This document shows positions 35,377 through 38,475 of a stretch of DNA of 38,475 bases, in pieces (the stretch's first letter is position 1; each line of letters starts with the position of its first letter). The notes under the pieces were generated by a model, which was not told where the DNA came from, made no database searches, and saw only the letters and a list, made by a program, of their open reading frames with translations. Location of the stretch: assembly GCA_964395265.1 (NCBI GenBank), contig CAYNDM010000002.1:1-38475 (forward strand). Direction: 5' to 3'. A program made the position numbers and the translations under genes. Source of the stretch: an uncultured Bacteriovoracaceae bacterium. GTDB taxonomy: Bacteria > Bdellovibrionota > UBA1018.

Positions 35377-38003
35377 ATGTCTGAAGATCGGGACAGGATA
35401 GCCATCTCGAGAAAGAGGCCAGCTATTACAAGAAAAAGGTCAACGAACTTACCGGACATAACCTTTCGCTCGAGTACAAGATCGGCGCTCTCATCAACGA
35501 GCTCAAGCAGAAAAGGCTCGGGTTCGAGTTGCTCTCCCAGCTTCAACAATCGATCGGAACCTATCGCGAGGCGTCCGGCATCTTCGAGTTCGCACTCAAG
35601 GCGATGATTTCCTCGCTCAATATGGAGCGAGCCGTGGCGCTGGTCCCGGCGGCGCGGGAGAACGTCTACAGCATCTCGAAGATCCTGGGATACACTGCTG
35701 AGCTCGAGGAACGGCTCAAAGAGAAGAAGATCGAAGTCCCGAAAGAGCTTCAGGCAGAGGGAAGCTTCTTGGTCGTCAACAAAAGCAGCAGCAGCAACGA
35801 GTTGATCGAGAGCATACGCGAGGCGCTGGACCTGCCGTACTTCATTCTCGTTCCGGTGCTGGTGGAAAAGAAGCCCATCGGGATCATCATCACCGGCAGG
35901 ATGCAGGAGCAGAGGCCCGTCAAGCTTCCTCTCGACAAAGGGGATGCCGAGACCGTGCAGTCCATCGGCGGACTGATCGCCGCGTCGGTCCACAACCTTC
36001 GAGTTTACGCGCTTGAGGAGACCCAGAAACTCCAGACGGATTTTTTCGCCAATATCTCCCACGAGTTCAGGACGCCGATCACCCTGACTTTGGGCCCCCT
36101 CGAGGGGCTGCTTTCGGGTCGCTACGGGAACCTCCCCGAGGCGGCAAAAAACCAGGTTGAGGTGATGTTGCGAAATCAGCAGCGCCTTTTGAAATTGATC
36201 AACGAGATCTTGGACCTGACCAAAGTGGAAGCCGGGAAAATGCAGCTGCATGCGTCCAAGGTTCGCAGCTTCAACAGCTTCGTTCAGGACAGGGTCGAGC
36301 AGTTCAGGTCGCTGGCAGAAAAACGAGGGATCGAGCTTAGGTCCAAGCTCGATCCCGAGGTGGATAAGGCGGAGCTTTACCTCGACCTAGAGAAGATCGA
36401 CAAGGTCATCTTCAATCTCTTGTCGAACGCCCACAAATTCACCAAATCCGGCCATGTCGAAGCCAGAACGGCGATCCAGGATGGATCTTTTGTCTTCACC
36501 GTCTCTGACACCGGGATCGGCATCAAGGCGGATCAGCTCATCTATGTCTTCGATCGGTTCAAACAAGCCGATGGAAGCTCGTCGCGAGAGTACGCGGGAA
36601 CTGGAATCGGTCTCTCCCTGGTCAAGGAGCTGGTGCAGCTGCATTCCGGCCAGATCTCGGTTCATAGCGAGTACGGAAAAGGAACCACGTTCACGGTCAC
36701 GATCCCGGTGGGCAAGGCTCACTTGGATCCCGCTAGCCTTGCGGATGCCCCCGATGCCGAACCAATTCAACCCATGCCGGCGTCGGTAAACCGGGTCGTC
36801 GAGATTCGCGAGGGGGTGGCGGAGAAGGACGAGCTCGAGGAGATCGAAGCGCTCAATGCCAAGACTCGCGAAAATTGGGTGGAGGGTCGAGGGACGATTC
36901 TCTACACGGACGATAACCGCGACCTGCGCTGTTATGTCTACGAGATCCTCTCGGAGCATCATAATGTCTACCTGGCTCATCATGGCAAAGCCGGTCTCGA
37001 GCTGGCTCTGCAAGTGGACGTCGATCTGATTCTCTCGGATCTCATGATGCCTGTCATGACGGGCACCGAGTTTCTGCGAAGTGTTCGAATGGAGAACCGC
37101 CTGCAAGGTATCCCATTCGTCTTATTGACCGCGAAGTCGACCAGCGATTCGAAACTGGAAGGACTCGAGACCGGGGCGGACGATTACCTGAGCAAGCCTT
37201 TCTCCGAGAGCGAGCTCAAGGCGAGGATCAAGAATCTCATCAAGCTTCGTCAGCAGCATTTGCGGATCCGGCGCGAGCTCGAGGCGGCCAGGCAGATCCA
37301 GCAAGCATTGCTTCCGAAGCTCGACCTGAGGGGAAAAAATTACCTACTCGACGCGCTTTACGAGCCGTCCGAGGAGCTTTCCGGCGATTTCTACGACTAC
37401 CTTGAAAACGGGGATTGGGTCTATTTCTACCTGGCCGACGTCACCAGTCATGGGACGGCCGCGGCCCAGGTCACCTACCTGCTCAAGACAATGATGGGGC
37501 AGCTGATTACCGAGGGGGAGCCTCCGGCGCTTTCGAGGCTTCTCGCGGAGCTCGCGCGTCGGTACTGCGAGTACGGGCTGAACTACGGCATCGGGATCCA
37601 GGTGGCCCGTTTCAATAAAAAGCGTCAAATCATGGAGTGCGCGATGAGCAATGCCCCCAGGGCCATCGTGTTCAGGAACTGCAATCAGGAGATCCTGCGT
37701 CTTCGTCCGGGACCGATTATTGACAGCGCGACCGGCGGGCGCAAAATCAGGCCCGAGGATTTCGAGGTGTGCCAGCTCGCGCTGAAACCAGGTGATTCGG
37801 CTTATTTCTTCACCGACGGCTGTTACGAGCTGCCGACAGGCGACGATTCGGCCCCGTTGGGCTACAGAAGGTTCAGCAAGATCATATCCGACCTTAACCG
37901 CAGCCAATGGAAGGAAGACCTCCTGACTACGCTCAAGGGGTTTCGGTCCGCCGGCAGCAACGACGTGGACGATATGACCGTCCTGATGTTCCGCCTTCAA
38001 TAG
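35377..38003 (+). CDS. Hybrid signalling protein: coiled coil + GAF-like + HisKA/HATPase_c + REC + PP2C/SpoIIE phosphatase; 5' end apparently frameshifted (near 35403)
   Basis: H-box FFANISHEFRTPIT. HATPase boxes LLSNAHKFT, DTGIGI, GTGIGLSLVKEL. REC: ILYTDDN...LILSDLMMPVMTG...DDYLSKPF. PP2C/SpoIIE: LSGDFYDY, ADVTSHG, FFTDGCYE, DDMTVLMF. The intact ORF starts at TTG 35529. However, the same frame is protein-like (HLEKEASYYKKKVNELTGHNLSLEYKIGALINELKQKR) back to 35385 with no start codon. ATG 35377 (MSEDRDRIA) joins it if one C is added to the GCC at 35401-35403. Confidence 0.8.
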
Positions 38004-38046
38004 CAAGCTTGTTGACGCCCTTGAGCGAGTGCGTAAAAATCAATAT

Positions 38047-38475
38047 ATGGCTGAGGGAACAGGAATAGGCACGGTGTTGCTCAAAACTCCCGAATTCGAG
38101 ATTACGGCCGCTCTCTCGACATCCCCTGATCTGAAAGGGACACAGGTCTTGCTTACCCTTGTCGGGGTGATCAACGAGAGAGTGGACTTGAACGTCGCGC
38201 TCGCCAAGCTGACCGAGAACTTTCCCAAAGCAAAGCAGGTTGCCCTGGACACGTGCGCGATCAACCGGATCAATTCGGTGGGGCTGCGCTCCTGGTTGCT
38301 CTTTGTCGACGCCATGACCGCGAAGTATCAGTTGAGGCATGAGATTCTGGGCGAGACTCTCGCCAGCCAATTCGCGGTCGAGCCCAAGGTTTTGGGCGCG
38401 CCTAACACCGCTGTGAAGACTTTGATTATTCCGTTTTCAAGTCCTGAATGCGCGCACAGGACGACGATTTCGTAT
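38047..38475 (+). CDS. STAS-like (anti-sigma-factor-antagonist-type) domain protein, partial (runs off the right edge)
   Basis: Own translation; not in the track because there is no stop before the window end. It reads MAEGTGIGTVLLKTPEFEITAALSTSPDLKGTQVLLTLVGVINERVDLNVALAKLTENFPKAKQVALDTCAINRINSVGLRSWLLFVDAMTAKYQLRHEILGETLASQF.. The INSVGLRSWLLFV segment resembles the STAS core (IDSSGL..L). TTGACG (38012-38017) and TAAAAA (38034-38039) sit just upstream, so the mRNA may be leaderless. Confidence 0.5.
   Translation, partial: MAEGTGIGTVLLKTPEFEITAALSTSPDLKGTQVLLTLVGVINERVDLNVALAKLTENFPKAKQVALDTCAINRINSVGLRSWLLFVDAMTAKYQLRHEILGETLASQFAVEPKVLGAPNTAVKTLIIPFSSPECAHRTTISY

Noticed and set aside
35364-35384. 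ATG GAT CAG AGC GAT GTC TGA directly after the FIST stop, in the same frame as the kinase (possible TGA read-through or selenocysteine)
   Set aside because: No SECIS-like element was noticed. A one-base indel joining ATG 35377 to the kinase frame gives a much more natural N-terminus, so read-through or recoding is not needed.
35193-38370. Minus-strand ORFs 35193..36251, 36387..37106, 37344..38006, 37933..38370 and 38040..38315
   Set aside because: They are antisense to the motif-rich HK-REC-PP2C gene and to the STAS-like ORF. No motifs are present, and they have shadow-ORF composition.
1-38475. Search for tRNA/rRNA/tmRNA-like segments, CRISPR repeat arrays, IS elements, integrases and long direct repeats
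   Set aside because: I saw no T-arm/acceptor patterns, no regularly spaced repeats, and no transposase or integrase-like ORFs by eye. GGATTCGACTCC near 14993 is only a superficial T-arm resemblance inside or next to a CDS start.

Overview
This 38.5-kb window comes from a moderately GC-rich diderm bacterium. Outer-membrane beta-barrel proteins, a Tad-type ATPase and NtrC-type regulators give it a deltaproteobacteria/Bdellovibrionota-like flavour, but the lineage cannot be assigned from sequence alone. All calls rest on motif recognition in the supplied translations and on my own reading of the DNA; no homology search was possible.

The left ~22 kb is mostly housekeeping and envelope genes:
- an AAA+ NtrC-like regulator and an XRE-type HTH protein
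- a NupC/CNT nucleoside transporter
- several beta-barrel, lipo- or secreted proteins
- an orphan CpaF/TadA ATPase
- an RluA-family pseudouridine synthase and an EpmA/PoxA-like EF-P lysine ligase
- an exported lysine-rich protein
- a histidine kinase / NtrC-type response regulator / Nudix CoA-pyrophosphatase / beta-barrel operon
- a porin, a ROK kinase and FtsK

The right ~16 kb (about 21.7-38.5 kb) is accessory-looking and holds the most interesting content, a candidate undescribed RiPP or peptide-pheromone locus. It contains:
- a 30-aa ORF that is too short for the ORF track (31451..31543, minus strand). It has a strong SD, a strong intrinsic terminator and a near-canonical double-glycine leader: MKKQASKKKLSKSSLKKIKGG|AKPVFKPPY
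- two ~1000-aa ABC exporters with N-terminal cNMP-binding-like domains. One has an intact C39 Cys/His/Asp peptidase; the other has a Cys-less C39-like domain
- an unusually short HlyD-like adaptor
- a VAO/PCMH-type flavoprotein oxidase, a class I O-methyltransferase and a GT2 glycosyltransferase

Signalling genes flank the locus: an RsbW-like GHKL protein on one side, and FIST, HK-REC-PP2C and a STAS-like partial gene on the other. Three genes in this part each carry a frame break consistent with a single missing base, which could be a sequencing error or decay.

Other oddities:
- both NtrC-family AAA+ regulators lack the GAFTGA sigma-54 contact loop
- a beta-barrel gene remnant abuts a small A/T-richer two-gene insert
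- there is a ~500-bp highly structured non-coding region upstream of the porin gene

I recognised no tRNA, rRNA, CRISPR array, transposase or integrase.
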